Shown piece after piece: positions 18,163 through 27,440 of a DNA stretch of 64,000 bases. Position 1 is the stretch's first letter, and every line of letters begins with the position of its first letter. Source of the DNA: Longimicrobiaceae bacterium (GTDB lineage: Bacteria > Gemmatimonadota > Gemmatimonadetes > Longimicrobiales > Longimicrobiaceae); NCBI GenBank assembly GCA_036389055.1, contig DASVQR010000021.1, positions 20,750-84,749 on the forward strand, given 5' to 3'. The position numbers and the translations under genes were made by a program. The notes beneath the pieces are model-generated. The model did no database searches and was not told the DNA's origin. It was given only the letters and a program-made list of their open reading frames with translations.

Positions 18163-18858
18163 ATGACGCCCGACGCACCCGCCGAGCCCCTCCCCCGCGA
18201 GCAGGCCGAAGGCTCCCGCGCCCGCGAGCGGCCGCGCGTGAGCCTCCCCGGACCGGCGTACCGGGTGCACACCCCGCGGCTGGTGGTGCGCTGCTGGGAG
18301 CCGCGCGACGCGCCGCTGCTGTCGGCGGCGGTGGAGGCCAGCCTGGAGCACCTGCGCGCCTGGATGCCCTGGGCCGCCGCCGAGCCCAAGGACGTGGACG
18401 CGCGCATTGAGGACCTGCGCCGCTTCCGGGGCAACTTCGACCTGGGCGTGGACCTGATGTACGGGATCTTCGACCGGCCCGAGGCGCGGGTGCTGGGCGG
18501 GACGGGGCTGCACACGCGCGCCGGGGAGCGGCGGGAGGTGGGCTACTGGATCCACGCCGACCACGTCGGGCGCGGGCTGGCCACCGAGGCCGCGGCCGCG
18601 CTCACGCGGGTGGCGTTCGAGGTGGAGCGGGTGCGCCGGCTGGAGATCCGCTGCGACCCGCTGAACACGCGCAGCGCGGCGATCCCGGCCAAGCTGGGCT
18701 TCCGGCACGAGGCCACCCTGCGCGGCGACGCCCTGGCGCTGGACGGCGGCCCCCGCGACACCATGGTCTGGGGGCTTCTCGCCGACGAGTACCCGGAGTC
18801 GCCCGCCCTCGCCTCCATCGTCGAGGCGTTCGACGCGGTGGGGCGGCGGATCATCTGA
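18163..18858 (+). CDS. GNAT family N-acetyltransferase (RimJ/RimL-like)
   Basis: 231-aa ORF with RLVVRCWEPRDAPLL, GYWIHADHVGRGLATEAAAAL and NTRSAAIPAKLGF. Confidence 0.8.
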   Translation: MTPDAPAEPLPREQAEGSRARERPRVSLPGPAYRVHTPRLVVRCWEPRDAPLLSAAVEASLEHLRAWMPWAAAEPKDVDARIEDLRRFRGNFDLGVDLMYGIFDRPEARVLGGTGLHTRAGERREVGYWIHADHVGRGLATEAAAALTRVAFEVERVRRLEIRCDPLNTRSAAIPAKLGFRHEATLRGDALALDGGPRDTMVWGLLADEYPESPALASIVEAFDAVGRRII

Positions 18859-18876
18859 ACATTTTCTACGGCGAGG

Positions 18877-19215
18877 TTCGGGCGTGCCCCCGGCTGCGCC
18901 GGGGTCGGGCTGCGGCTCCGTAACGCACGGTACAACTGTGCGTAACGGAGGCGAACCCCAACGGTACTGCTGTTGGGTTTCGCCGCTTCGCGCTCGCATC
19001 CCTCACGCGGGGCTCGCGCTGGCGTCCGCCGGGGCCCCCTCCCGCGGCCCCTCCCCCGCAAGCGGGAGAGGGGAGAACTGCTTGCCACACCTCGATATCC
19101 AGCCGTTGTCCCCTCTCCCAGAATTGGGAGAGGGTGGCGAGCCTCAAGCGAGCCGGGTGAGGGCCGCCGTTGCAGGCTGTCCCCTGTAACCTGTCCCCTG
19201 TAACCTCCTGTCCCC
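18877..19215. repeat. family-B element (inverted, 18877-19006) + GGGAGAGGG hairpin modules + inverted GCCTGCAAC box and (GGGGACA/GGTTACA) heptamers
   Basis: It shares the ATCCCTCACGCGGGGCTSGCGCTGGCGTCC junction with 11539-11570. The heptamer tract at 19177-19215 is the reverse complement of the type seen at 8637-8678. Confidence 0.8.
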
Positions 19216-19222
19216 AGCCGTC

Positions 19223-19585
19223 ATGCAGCGTACGAGGTTCATCGAGCACCGCGGCCAGCGCATCCTGCTGCTGGACTACTCCGGCATCCGCGATGCGGCG
19301 GAGGCGCTGCGGGAGATCGAAGCGTCCAGGGAGGTGGTGCGCGCGCAGGCGCCGGGCTCCCTGCTCACCCTCACGCACGTGCGCGACGCCCGCTACAACG
19401 CGGAGGTGATCCAGGCGCTCAAGGCGCTGGCGGAGCACAACCGGCCCTTCGTGCGGGCCGGCGCGGTGGCGGGGATGTCGGGCCTCCACCGCGCGGTGTT
19501 CAGCACCATCCTGCTCTTCACCCGGCGGGCGCTCAGGGCGTTCGACGACGTGGAGGCGGCCAAGGACTGGCTGGCCGAGCAGTAG
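19223..19585 (+). CDS. hypothetical protein, STAS/SpoIIAA-like fold suspected
   Basis: 120-aa ORF with normal composition. The fold assignment rests on overall resemblance only. Confidence 0.55.
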   Translation: MQRTRFIEHRGQRILLLDYSGIRDAAEALREIEASREVVRAQAPGSLLTLTHVRDARYNAEVIQALKALAEHNRPFVRAGAVAGMSGLHRAVFSTILLFTRRALRAFDDVEAAKDWLAEQ

Positions 19586-19605
19586 ACCCCAGGCATTGAT
19601 CCAAA

Positions 19606-19649
19606 ACACGCGCGGAGCGGGGCGCCCGGTGGCGCCCCGCTCCGCGTGT
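19606..19649. terminator. bidirectional terminator hairpin between convergent genes
   Basis: ACACGCGCGGAGCGGGGCGCC-cggt-GGCGCCCCGCTCCGCGTGT, a stem of about 19 bp. It is flanked by AAAA on the plus strand, which reads TTTT after the hairpin on the minus strand. Confidence 0.7.
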
Positions 19650-19682
19650 CCGACGAGGTCGGGGGACCCAGTGCGTGGTGGA

Positions 19683-19946
19683 TCAGTTGGCGATGGTGTC
19701 TCCGGACTCGATCGGCTCCTGACCGCCGCAGGAACACACCGGCTTGTTCGCCCAGAACGAACAGGTGCAGGTGCAGTTCCCCGTTGCCGTGCACGAGCCG
19801 CCCGGGCAGGTGACCGAGCAGCGGTTCTCGGTGAACGCGTACGCACGCTGGACGAGGTTCGGCGAGAAGAACAGCCCGGCTCCTGCGACGAAGGTCAGGA
19901 GGGCGAGCCTGAAGGTGATGGCCCTGCGGCGAGTGGTGGCTGTCAT
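19683..19946 (-). CDS. exported cysteine-rich small peptide (87-aa precursor, about 50-aa mature part, 8 Cys)
   Basis: The sequence is MTATTRRRAITFRLALLTFVAGAGLFFSPNLVQRAYA/FTENRCSVTCPGGSCTATGNCTCTCSFWANKPVCSCGGQEPIESGDTIAN. GGAGG lies 5 nt before the ATG. The signal has an RRR n-region and an AYA cleavage site. It is the last gene before a strong terminator. Confidence 0.6.
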   Translation of the reverse strand: MTATTRRRAITFRLALLTFVAGAGLFFSPNLVQRAYAFTENRCSVTCPGGSCTATGNCTCTCSFWANKPVCSCGGQEPIESGDTIAN

Positions 19947-20013
19947 GGGACCTCCGGTGGATGAATGTTTGAGGTGGGTTCTGCCCGACGGTGGATCCCC
20001 CGATCCCTGCGGC

Positions 20014-20598
20014 TCAGCGCTCCCCGGCCCCGGCCGGCGAGCGGTGGAGCCACTCCAGAATGTCCTGCTTTGCCAGCGCGTTCAGCGGGCCCGCGTAGAC
20101 CCGCCGGACCGCCCCGCCCTCCACCAGCAGGGTGGCGGGCGTGGCTTCCACCCGCAGGCGGTTGCTCATCGTCGCGGAGTCCACGGCCACCACCTCCACG
20201 CGCGCGTCGAGCCCACGCCAGAAGCCCGCGGCCCCCGGGATCCCGTCCAGCGTCACGGCGAGGGCACGGACCCGCCGCCCCTCGGCCGAACCGAGCAGGT
20301 CCACCCAGTTCCACAAGTTGCCGCGGGTGGGCTCGCATGCCGGATCGAACACGAACAACACGGCGCGCTCCAGGCCGCCCAGCTCCACCGCCGCGCCGCC
20401 GTCCAGCGGCCGGGCCACCGCGTCCTTCAGCGGGCGCCTCGTCGATACCGATTCCGTGGGCTCGCCTCGGTAGCGCATGGCCGCGCCCAGCTCGCGGACG
20501 GCCGTCCCACCCCGCCACACCAGCATCGCCGCGAGGAGGACCAGCGCCGCGGCGGCCGCCTTCCACCTCCTCCCCGGGGATCGGACGTCCGCTGTCAT
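20014..20598 (-). CDS. membrane-anchored thioredoxin-fold (TlpA/redoxin-like) protein lacking a canonical CxxC
   Basis: Start at MTADVRSPGRRWKAAAAALVLLAAMLVW (N-terminal TM). VLFVFDPACEPTRGNLWNW sits at the position of the redoxin active site (CEPT). The ATGA start/stop overlaps the upstream gene. Confidence 0.55.
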   Translation of the reverse strand: MTADVRSPGRRWKAAAAALVLLAAMLVWRGGTAVRELGAAMRYRGEPTESVSTRRPLKDAVARPLDGGAAVELGGLERAVLFVFDPACEPTRGNLWNWVDLLGSAEGRRVRALAVTLDGIPGAAGFWRGLDARVEVVAVDSATMSNRLRVEATPATLLVEGGAVRRVYAGPLNALAKQDILEWLHRSPAGAGER

Positions 20599-21854
20599 CG
20601 GCGGTATACCTCCAGGTGGTCGACGGCCATGTCGTCGCGGCGGACGCCGTAGATCCGGCCGTGTCTCGCGAGCAGGGGCTCGAAGCCCTCGGGGTAGCGG
20701 AGGCTGCCGCGCGGCGTACCGGCCGGCTCGTACTCGTCCCAGGTGCGGGAGCGTCCCTCCCACTGGTCGTCCACGCTGAAGCGGCGCGCCGCCACGCCCC
20801 CATCCTCCAGCGCCAGGGCGCCGGTGAGCGCCGGGCGCGTCGCGGCGAAGTACTCCCGGTTGATGGCCTCCAGCAGCATCATCGGAATCTTCCGGCTGTA
20901 CATCCCGCGCTCCTGCGACTCGCGCAGGTTGATCAACCGCTCCCGCCGCGTGACCGATTCGTGCTTCCAGGGGCGCGTCACCCGCCGGACGGCGCGGTCC
21001 GCGCCCACGCGGTACACCTCGTACGGCCCGCCCGGGACGAACGCCACGGAGCCGTCGGGGAATGCGTCCCAGGCGGGCGCCGGGGTGAACGAGGGCGGGG
21101 CCGACCAGTGGTAGCTGGTGCTGGTCGTCCCGTAGGTGCGCTGCTCCGCCTCGATGGTGGGGATGGCGAAGTCGAGCACCGTGTCGCGGGCCTGTCCCAG
21201 CGTGTCCAGCCGCACCAGGTAGCCGCGCTGCCGCGACGGGGGGACGGTCAGGGGATCGCTGCGCACCTCGATGACGAAGCCGTCCCGGTACGCCCGCAGC
21301 CGCTGCCCGGTGCGCACCACGCCCTGCTTCCCTTCCGGGAGCGGGCGCAGCGTCTCCACCACCTTGCCCTCCGGCGTCAGGACGGTGAGGCGCTGCTGCT
21401 CGTAGTCCCACACCGCCAGGCGACCGTTCCAGGGGAGCGTCACCAGGCTGGAGGGCGACTGGTACTCCCCCGGTCCGTCCCCGCCCCGGCCGAAGTCGAA
21501 GAGGAACTCGCCCGCCGCGTCGAACGCCTTGATCCGGCGCTCCATGCGGTCCAGCACGTACACGGTGTCGCCGCCCGCGCTGGTCGTCACGTCGGCGACC
21601 TGGCCGAACAGGTAGCGCTCGTCGCCGTCCGCGGCGCCCACGGAAAACACGCGGCGCGCGGCGGGGAGCTCCGGCGCGCGCTCCGCGGGGAGCGCTTCGC
21701 CCGCGTCCACGCTGGCGACGGGACTGGCGGCGACGGGGTTCGCGTACAGCGGGGAGGCGAGCTCGGCCTCCATCTTCTCGTTGCCGCACCCGGCGAGCGC
21801 CGCGGCCATGCCGAGCGCGAGCAGGGAGGGCGAAGCTTTCCTGAGGGCGATCAT
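20595..21854 (-). CDS. lipoprotein, 6-bladed beta-propeller (BF3164/DUF5128-like)
   Basis: Start at MIALRKASPSLLALGMAAALAGC (lipobox LAGC). It has repeated blade-like segments and the FGRGGDGPGEY motif I associate with this family. ATGA overlaps occur at both ends. Confidence 0.6.
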   Translation of the reverse strand: MIALRKASPSLLALGMAAALAGCGNEKMEAELASPLYANPVAASPVASVDAGEALPAERAPELPAARRVFSVGAADGDERYLFGQVADVTTSAGGDTVYVLDRMERRIKAFDAAGEFLFDFGRGGDGPGEYQSPSSLVTLPWNGRLAVWDYEQQRLTVLTPEGKVVETLRPLPEGKQGVVRTGQRLRAYRDGFVIEVRSDPLTVPPSRQRGYLVRLDTLGQARDTVLDFAIPTIEAEQRTYGTTSTSYHWSAPPSFTPAPAWDAFPDGSVAFVPGGPYEVYRVGADRAVRRVTRPWKHESVTRRERLINLRESQERGMYSRKIPMMLLEAINREYFAATRPALTGALALEDGGVAARRFSVDDQWEGRSRTWDEYEPAGTPRGSLRYPEGFEPLLARHGRIYGVRRDDMAVDHLEVYRR

Positions 21855-22429
21855 CGGAGTGCTGCGGTGGTCGGGAGGGTGGGAGGTGCGAAGGTCGCGG
21901 CGATCCGGCGGGCCTCCGCCGGGGTGGGCAGCTCGCGCAGGCTGTGCAGCGCCACGGAGTCGCCCTCCACGAGGATCCAGCGGGCGGCGTGAAGCCCCGC
22001 CCCCTTGCCGGGGGTGGCGACCGACACCCGCGCGGCCGCGGCTCCACGCGCGCAGCCGGCGATCTCGGGCGAGAGCGAGTACCAGCGGACGCCCCCCGAC
22101 GCGCCGAGGGCGGCGCACAGCCGCGCTTCTTCCGCGGCCGGAACGGAGTCGGCGCGCACCAGCACGGCGAGGCCGCCGGCCGGCAGCGCCATGTGAGGCG
22201 AGACCGCCAGCGGCTGGCGGAACAGCAGCGGCGACCACGCGCGCGCCTTCTGCTCCATCTGCACGCGGCGGGGGCGGAACTCGGCGTGCGACTCGATCCC
22301 CTTCACGCCCATCCACAGCCCGGCCGCGAGGATGCCGAGCACCAGGACGGCGAAGCGCGCGCCGTCGAGCGCGCCGAGGTCGGGAAGCGTGAACAGCAGG
22401 GCGAGCCTGCGGCGGAGTGCCTGCGGCAT
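21851..22429 (-). CDS. membrane-anchored hypothetical protein (possibly a degenerate thioredoxin-like fold)
   Basis: 192-aa ORF with one TM (FAVLVLGILAAGLWMGV). Its layout resembles the 20014-20598 product, but it has no CxxC. It is the first gene of the coupled operon. Confidence 0.5.
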   Translation of the reverse strand: MPQALRRRLALLFTLPDLGALDGARFAVLVLGILAAGLWMGVKGIESHAEFRPRRVQMEQKARAWSPLLFRQPLAVSPHMALPAGGLAVLVRADSVPAAEEARLCAALGASGGVRWYSLSPEIAGCARGAAAARVSVATPGKGAGLHAARWILVEGDSVALHSLRELPTPAEARRIAATFAPPTLPTTAALR

Positions 22430-22598
22430 GGGGGGTACCGGGAAGCGGCGGGGACGATCGGAAGGGGCGGAGCGGGACGCCGGGACGGACCCGGCGCGGC
22501 GAAAAACATATGGAGGAGGCGCGGCGCGCGCAAGGGTTGTCTGGAAAGGTATGCTGCGTAGATCCGAAGCGGCCAGGGGCGAACACGAAAGCGCCCCT

Positions 22599-24209
22599 TC
22601 AGCGACCCGGTCGGCCCGGAATCGCGGGATCCAGCCTCGCCACCAGCCACCCGGTGAGCGCGCCGGTCACCTCCGGGGCGACCCGCGTGCGGTACAGGTA
22701 CATCTCCCGCCCGGGGGCGCCGTCCGGGTCCCGCAGCAGCGAGTGGGCGATGCCCGGGAGCAGGCGCACCGTCACGTCCGGGTTCCCCGCGGCCCGCAGC
22801 GCGGCGCCCAGCCTCCGGGCGTCGGCGGGGTCCACGCTGCGGTCGCGCGCGCCGTGCAGCACCAGCGCCGGAGCGCGCACCCGGCGCGCCGCCGCCACCG
22901 GGTCGTGCCGCAGGAACGAGGCGATCCACGGGTCCCGGGCCGCCCGCGCCTCCCACTCGCGCAGTTGCGCGGCCGCGGCGGAGTCCCTCACCGCCGGCGC
23001 GACCGCCGGGTCCGCCTCCACCCGGGCGCGCGTCTGGTAGCGGGCGACCGCGCGCCCCGAGTCGCCCGGGCTCGCCAGCAGCGCGACGCCGCGGAGCCGG
23101 GCATCGCCGGCCGCCAGCAACGCCGCGACCGCCCCGCCCTCGCTCCACCCCACCAGCGCCACCCGCTCCGGGTCCACCTCCCGCTGCGCGCGCAGCCAGG
23201 CCAGCGCCGCGCGGGCGTCGTCCGCCCGCTCCCCGAAGGTGGAGCCCTCGAAGCGGCCGGTGCTCGCGCCCACGCCGCGGTCGTCCAGGCGCAGCACGGC
23301 GATCCCCAGCCGTCCCAGCGTGTCGGCGATCTCCCGGAACGGGCGGTACGGCGAAGCGCCCCCGGAGCCGTCGCGGTCCTGGGGGCTGGAGCCGGAAAGC
23401 AGGAGCACGGCGGGGGCGGGGCGGCGGGCGCCGTGGGGGAGGGTGAGCGTCCCCGCCAGGACGTGGCCGCCCGGGGCGGGCACGCGCGCCTCCCGGGCGG
23501 CGTAGGGGGCGCCTGCCGGGGGGCCGTACGGGTCGCCGGGCGGCGGGGCGAGCCGCGGCGGCGGAAGGGAGAGCGCGGCCTCCGGCAGCTCCGCCACGCG
23601 GCGGACAGTCCACCCGCGGGTCGCGTTGCGGCCGCCCAGCACCCGCCCCTCCGCGTCGGTCGCCAGCCGCCACTCGTTCCCCTCCACGGTCAGCCGCACG
23701 GAGTCGCGGCCCAGCCGCTCCACGGCGACGCGGACCGGGGCGCCGGCGGGGAGGAGGAGGAGCCGCACCCCGCCGCCGCGGCGCGCGGCGGGGCTCCGCA
23801 GCGCGCGCTCCAGCAGCGCCACCGAGGGGCCCAGGTACGGCAGCGTCCCGGGGGCGGCCCGCGCCTCGCGGACCCGCGTCTCCGCGCCCCGGCGCAGCTC
23901 CGCGCGGGCCGTGCCGCCGGAGACGGCGGCCGCCAGGCGCAGCGGCGCCGGCCCCGCCGGCGCCCCGGCCGGCGCCAGCGCCGCCTCCAGGCGCGCGCCG
24001 CCGCTGCCCTCGCGCAGCGTCCAGCGCACCCGCGCCACCTCGCCGATGCGCATCTCCCCCTCCACGGGGTCGCCCGCCGCGACGCGCTCCACCAGCACGG
24101 TGTCGGCGCCGTGCGTCACCACCCACCCCTCCGCGTCCGGGGCCGGCCGGCCCGCGCACCCGGCGGCGAGGAGCGCGATCCCCGCCGCCGTCCAGGCACG
24201 CCGCGCCAC
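22599..24209 (-). CDS. alpha/beta hydrolase (S9/dienelactone-hydrolase-like) lipoprotein
   Basis: C-terminal part of ORF 22599-25967. The GTG start gives VARRAWTAAGIALLAAGC (lipobox). It has the nucleophile elbow GWSEGG and then LHGARD...GIAHS. Confidence 0.75.
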   Translation of the reverse strand: MARRAWTAAGIALLAAGCAGRPAPDAEGWVVTHGADTVLVERVAAGDPVEGEMRIGEVARVRWTLREGSGGARLEAALAPAGAPAGPAPLRLAAAVSGGTARAELRRGAETRVREARAAPGTLPYLGPSVALLERALRSPAARRGGGVRLLLLPAGAPVRVAVERLGRDSVRLTVEGNEWRLATDAEGRVLGGRNATRGWTVRRVAELPEAALSLPPPRLAPPPGDPYGPPAGAPYAAREARVPAPGGHVLAGTLTLPHGARRPAPAVLLLSGSSPQDRDGSGGASPYRPFREIADTLGRLGIAVLRLDDRGVGASTGRFEGSTFGERADDARAALAWLRAQREVDPERVALVGWSEGGAVAALLAAGDARLRGVALLASPGDSGRAVARYQTRARVEADPAVAPAVRDSAAAAQLREWEARAARDPWIASFLRHDPVAAARRVRAPALVLHGARDRSVDPADARRLGAALRAAGNPDVTVRLLPGIAHSLLRDPDGAPGREMYLYRTRVAPEVTGALTGWLVARLDPAIPGRPGR

Positions 24210-24241
24210 GGCCGGCCCCCGCGGACCGTCCGCCGCCCCCG

Positions 24242-26365
24242 CTACTTGCTGGTGATGACGATCGCGCCCTGGGAGTGGTTGGTGCCGTAGCGGATAGTGG
24301 CGGAGGGCGCGTCTAGGTAGACGATGGAGGAGATGGTGTTCGCCTGCAGCAGCCGGAGCTCGTCCAGACCCCCCAGGCGGTTGCCGTCCAGGTACACCAC
24401 GATCTCCGACTGGCCCATCCCGGACACGGCCTGCGCGGTCCCGGCCCTGGAACCGCTGTTCGCCCCCAGCGCAGTGCTGGTGACCACCCGCTCCCCCACG
24501 ATCTCGGTGGTCGTCACCATGCCGTCGCGCCCCTTGGTGCCCAGCGACATGGACTGGAGCCCGCGGATGCGGGACCAGTCCGGGCGCAGCCGCTCGATCG
24601 CTTCCGCGGCGCTCCCCACGCCGATCGCGGCGATCTCCTCCGCGCCGATGCGTGTCCGGTCGGCGGGGGCGGGGGTGCGGGAGCTCCCCGCCACGCGCAC
24701 CTCGGCCAGCGGCACCGGGCGGCCATCCGGCCCCAGGCGCACCGGGTCCCCGGCGCGGAGGTCCTGCACGACGAGCCCGGCGGAGGCGAGCCTGACCTGC
24801 GAGCGGACGGGGGCGAGCCGGTCCGAGCGGACCTCGGCCGCCACGGCGGCCCCGGCGGGGATGCCGCAGGCCCGGTAGGCGCCCCGGGCGTCGGTCGTCG
24901 CCTCGGCGCGGCCGCCCCGCGCCCACGTGAGCAGCACCCGCGCGCCCTGCACCGGCTCGCCCGCCGGGTCGCGGACGACGCCCGCCAGCGCCGCGCCCCC
25001 GCCCGGGCAGAGCGCCGCCGCCAGCGTCGCCGCGGAGGGGACGGCCAGCTCCAGCGCGGGCGGCTCGCCGCCGCGCAGCGTCACGCCGCGCACCGGGGGG
25101 GACACGCCCAGCGCCTCCAGCGACGGGTGCGAAAAGGACACCTGGTACTCCCCCTCGGGCACGTCCTCCACGCGGAAGCGGCCGTCCGCCCCGGCCGTGG
25201 CCCGGTGCACGGTGCCGGACAGGAACACCGACGCGCCCGCGAGCGGCGCCGCGCGCAGGCTGTCGTACACGCTCCCGGCCAGCGCCAGCCGCGCCGCCGC
25301 CGGGGCGCGCGACCCCGCCACCCGGACCTCCCCGCCGGTCTCCTGGATCCCCACCAGCCGCTCCCGCACGCGGGCGGCGCCGCCGGTGGAGCCGGTCGTC
25401 TCGCGCGTGCGCTCGGTCTCGCGGGCCAGGCGGGGCATGCGGATGGCCCAGCGGCTCACCAGCCAGGCGCCGGTGGGGAGCCGCTCGAACTCCACCCGCC
25501 CGCCCAGCTTCCCTTCCGGCAGCTCGCCGGGGAGGCCCACGTAGTCGTACTCCAGCCAGCGCAGCTCCGCGCTCCCGCGGTCCAGCCAGAACACCCCGCG
25601 CACCTCGGGGACGTCGCGCCCCCGCACCGGCTCGAAGGCGAGCCCCACCAGCCCCTCCGCGCCGCCCTCGGAGACGCGGAAGCAGTGGTCGTCCAGGAAG
25701 GTGTCGGAAAGCAGGACCAGGGCGTCCGGGGCGTAGTAGAAGGTCCCGGAGGGCCCCGTCTGCACGAAGCCGCGGCGGGACAGCGAGTCGGCGGGGATGC
25801 TGGCGAAGGGGTGGGTGGTCACCGCGGTGCCGGTGCGCCGGTCGTCGCGCAGCACCCGCAGCGAGCCGGGGTCCAGCTCCCGGTCGAACCGGACCACCTC
25901 GTAGGTGGACTGGCGGGCGTCGAGGGCCCACGCGGCGGCGTTCAGCGCCTTGCGCGCCTCGGTCCACAGGGTGGCGGCCGCCTCGCCCTCCTCGGGGCGG
26001 ACCTGGCAGCGCCGCCCGGCGCGCACCGAGATCCCCGCCAGCGCCACCGCCTGCGCGGGGGCCACCAGCCGCTGCTCCACCGTCTCGCCCGCCTTCAGCG
26101 ACAGCGTGGGGGACACGGCGCTCGCGTGCCCCACGCGCTCGGCGCGCACGACGTACGTCCCCGGCGCGGGGGCGGCCAGCGAGAAGCGGCCGTCGGCGCC
26201 GGTGAGCGCCCCGGCGCGCATCTTCCCGGAGGTGTCCAGCAGCAGCACCATCGCGCCGGGGACGGGGGCGCCGCCGGACTCGGCCACGACGGAGCCGCGC
26301 ACCGCCTGGGCCGCGAGGGGGAGGGGGGCGAGCAGGCAGGCGAGCAGGAGCGCCGGACGGAGCAT
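24242..26365 (-). CDS. exported CarboxypepD_reg-repeat protein with C-terminal Plug-like domain (paralog 3)
   Basis: 707-aa ORF starting MLRPALLLACLLAPLPLAAQA (signal). It is collinear with paralogs 1 and 2. The C-terminus is strongly Plug-like (IGAEEIAAIG...EIVVYLDGNRLG...IRYGTNHSQGAIVITSK). Confidence 0.75.
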   Translation of the reverse strand: MLRPALLLACLLAPLPLAAQAVRGSVVAESGGAPVPGAMVLLLDTSGKMRAGALTGADGRFSLAAPAPGTYVVRAERVGHASAVSPTLSLKAGETVEQRLVAPAQAVALAGISVRAGRRCQVRPEEGEAAATLWTEARKALNAAAWALDARQSTYEVVRFDRELDPGSLRVLRDDRRTGTAVTTHPFASIPADSLSRRGFVQTGPSGTFYYAPDALVLLSDTFLDDHCFRVSEGGAEGLVGLAFEPVRGRDVPEVRGVFWLDRGSAELRWLEYDYVGLPGELPEGKLGGRVEFERLPTGAWLVSRWAIRMPRLARETERTRETTGSTGGAARVRERLVGIQETGGEVRVAGSRAPAAARLALAGSVYDSLRAAPLAGASVFLSGTVHRATAGADGRFRVEDVPEGEYQVSFSHPSLEALGVSPPVRGVTLRGGEPPALELAVPSAATLAAALCPGGGAALAGVVRDPAGEPVQGARVLLTWARGGRAEATTDARGAYRACGIPAGAAVAAEVRSDRLAPVRSQVRLASAGLVVQDLRAGDPVRLGPDGRPVPLAEVRVAGSSRTPAPADRTRIGAEEIAAIGVGSAAEAIERLRPDWSRIRGLQSMSLGTKGRDGMVTTTEIVGERVVTSTALGANSGSRAGTAQAVSGMGQSEIVVYLDGNRLGGLDELRLLQANTISSIVYLDAPSATIRYGTNHSQGAIVITSK

Positions 26366-26579
26366 GGCGGGTCTCCGTGGAGGGGTGGGGCGCGCGGGGC
26401 GGACGCCGCCGCGCTCCTCCTACTCGTAGCGCAGCGACTCCACCGGGTCAAGGCTGGCGGCGTGGCGCGCGGGCTTCTGCGGGAGCCCGGGAGCCGGGCG
26501 ACGTGACGGAAACGTCCGGAGCGCATATGTTGGTCGGGAGAGCGGTACCGACGGGACACGCGCGACGCAGGAGGACGGG

Positions 26580-27440
26580 ATGGACGTGAGGATCCTGGCG
26601 GTGCCGTACGACTCCGGCCGCCGCGACTGGCGGATGGGCCGCGGGCCGGAGCGGCTGCTGCGCTCCGGGCTGGAGGACGCGCTGCGCGCCCGCGGCCACC
26701 GGGTGGAGGCGGAGCGCGTGGAGGCGGACGCCGACGTCGGCGAGGTGGCCGGCACCTTCCTGCTGGCGCGCACGCTGGCCGAGCGCGTGCGCGAGGCGGC
26801 GCCGGCCTTCCCGCTGGTGCTCTCCGGAAACTGCTCGGCGGCGCTGGGGGTGCTGGGCGGGGTGGGGCCGGCCGGGGTGCTGTGGCTGGACGCGCACGCC
26901 GACCTGAACACCCCGGAAAGCTCGCGCAGCGGCATGGTGGACGGGATGTCGCTGGCCGTGGCGACGGGCCGCTGCTGGACCGGGATCGCCGGCACCATCC
27001 GCGGCTTCCTCCCCGTCCCCGACGAGTTCGTGGTGCTGGCCGGCGCGCGCGACCTGGACCCCGGCGAGCGGGTGATCCTGGCCCGCTCCGGCATCGCCGG
27101 GGTGGACGTGCCGCGCCTGCGCGAGGAGGGGGTGGAGGCCGCCTTCGCCCCGGCGCTCGCCGCGCTGGCGGAGCGCGTGGACCGCCTGTACCTGCACGTG
27201 GACCTGGACGTGCTGGACCCCGCCGAGGTCCGCGCCAACGGGTTCGCCGCCCGCGGCGGCCTCACCCTGGACGAGGTGGAGGCCGCGGTGCGCCTGGCCG
27301 GCTCGCGCCTGGAGATCGCCGGCGCGACGCTCTCGGCGTACGACCCGGACGCGGACGCGGAGGGAAAGGTGCCGGCCGCGGCGGCCCGGATCGCGGCGGC
27401 GGTGGTGGAGAGTGCGGAACGGCAAGGGAACAGGGAATAG
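26580..27440 (+). CDS. arginase family protein (arginase/agmatinase/formimidoylglutamase)
   Basis: 286-aa ORF with the LWLDAHADLN, GMSLA and LHVDLDVLDP metal-binding motifs. Confidence 0.85.
   Translation: MDVRILAVPYDSGRRDWRMGRGPERLLRSGLEDALRARGHRVEAERVEADADVGEVAGTFLLARTLAERVREAAPAFPLVLSGNCSAALGVLGGVGPAGVLWLDAHADLNTPESSRSGMVDGMSLAVATGRCWTGIAGTIRGFLPVPDEFVVLAGARDLDPGERVILARSGIAGVDVPRLREEGVEAAFAPALAALAERVDRLYLHVDLDVLDPAEVRANGFAARGGLTLDEVEAAVRLAGSRLEIAGATLSAYDPDADAEGKVPAAAARIAAAVVESAERQGNRE

Noticed and set aside
22599-25967. 1122-aa minus-strand ORF covering the hydrolase and overlapping paralog 3.
   Set aside because: The N-terminal 590 codons overlap the well-supported gene 24242-26365 in another frame. 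The hydrolase starts at an internal GTG that gives a lipoprotein signal.
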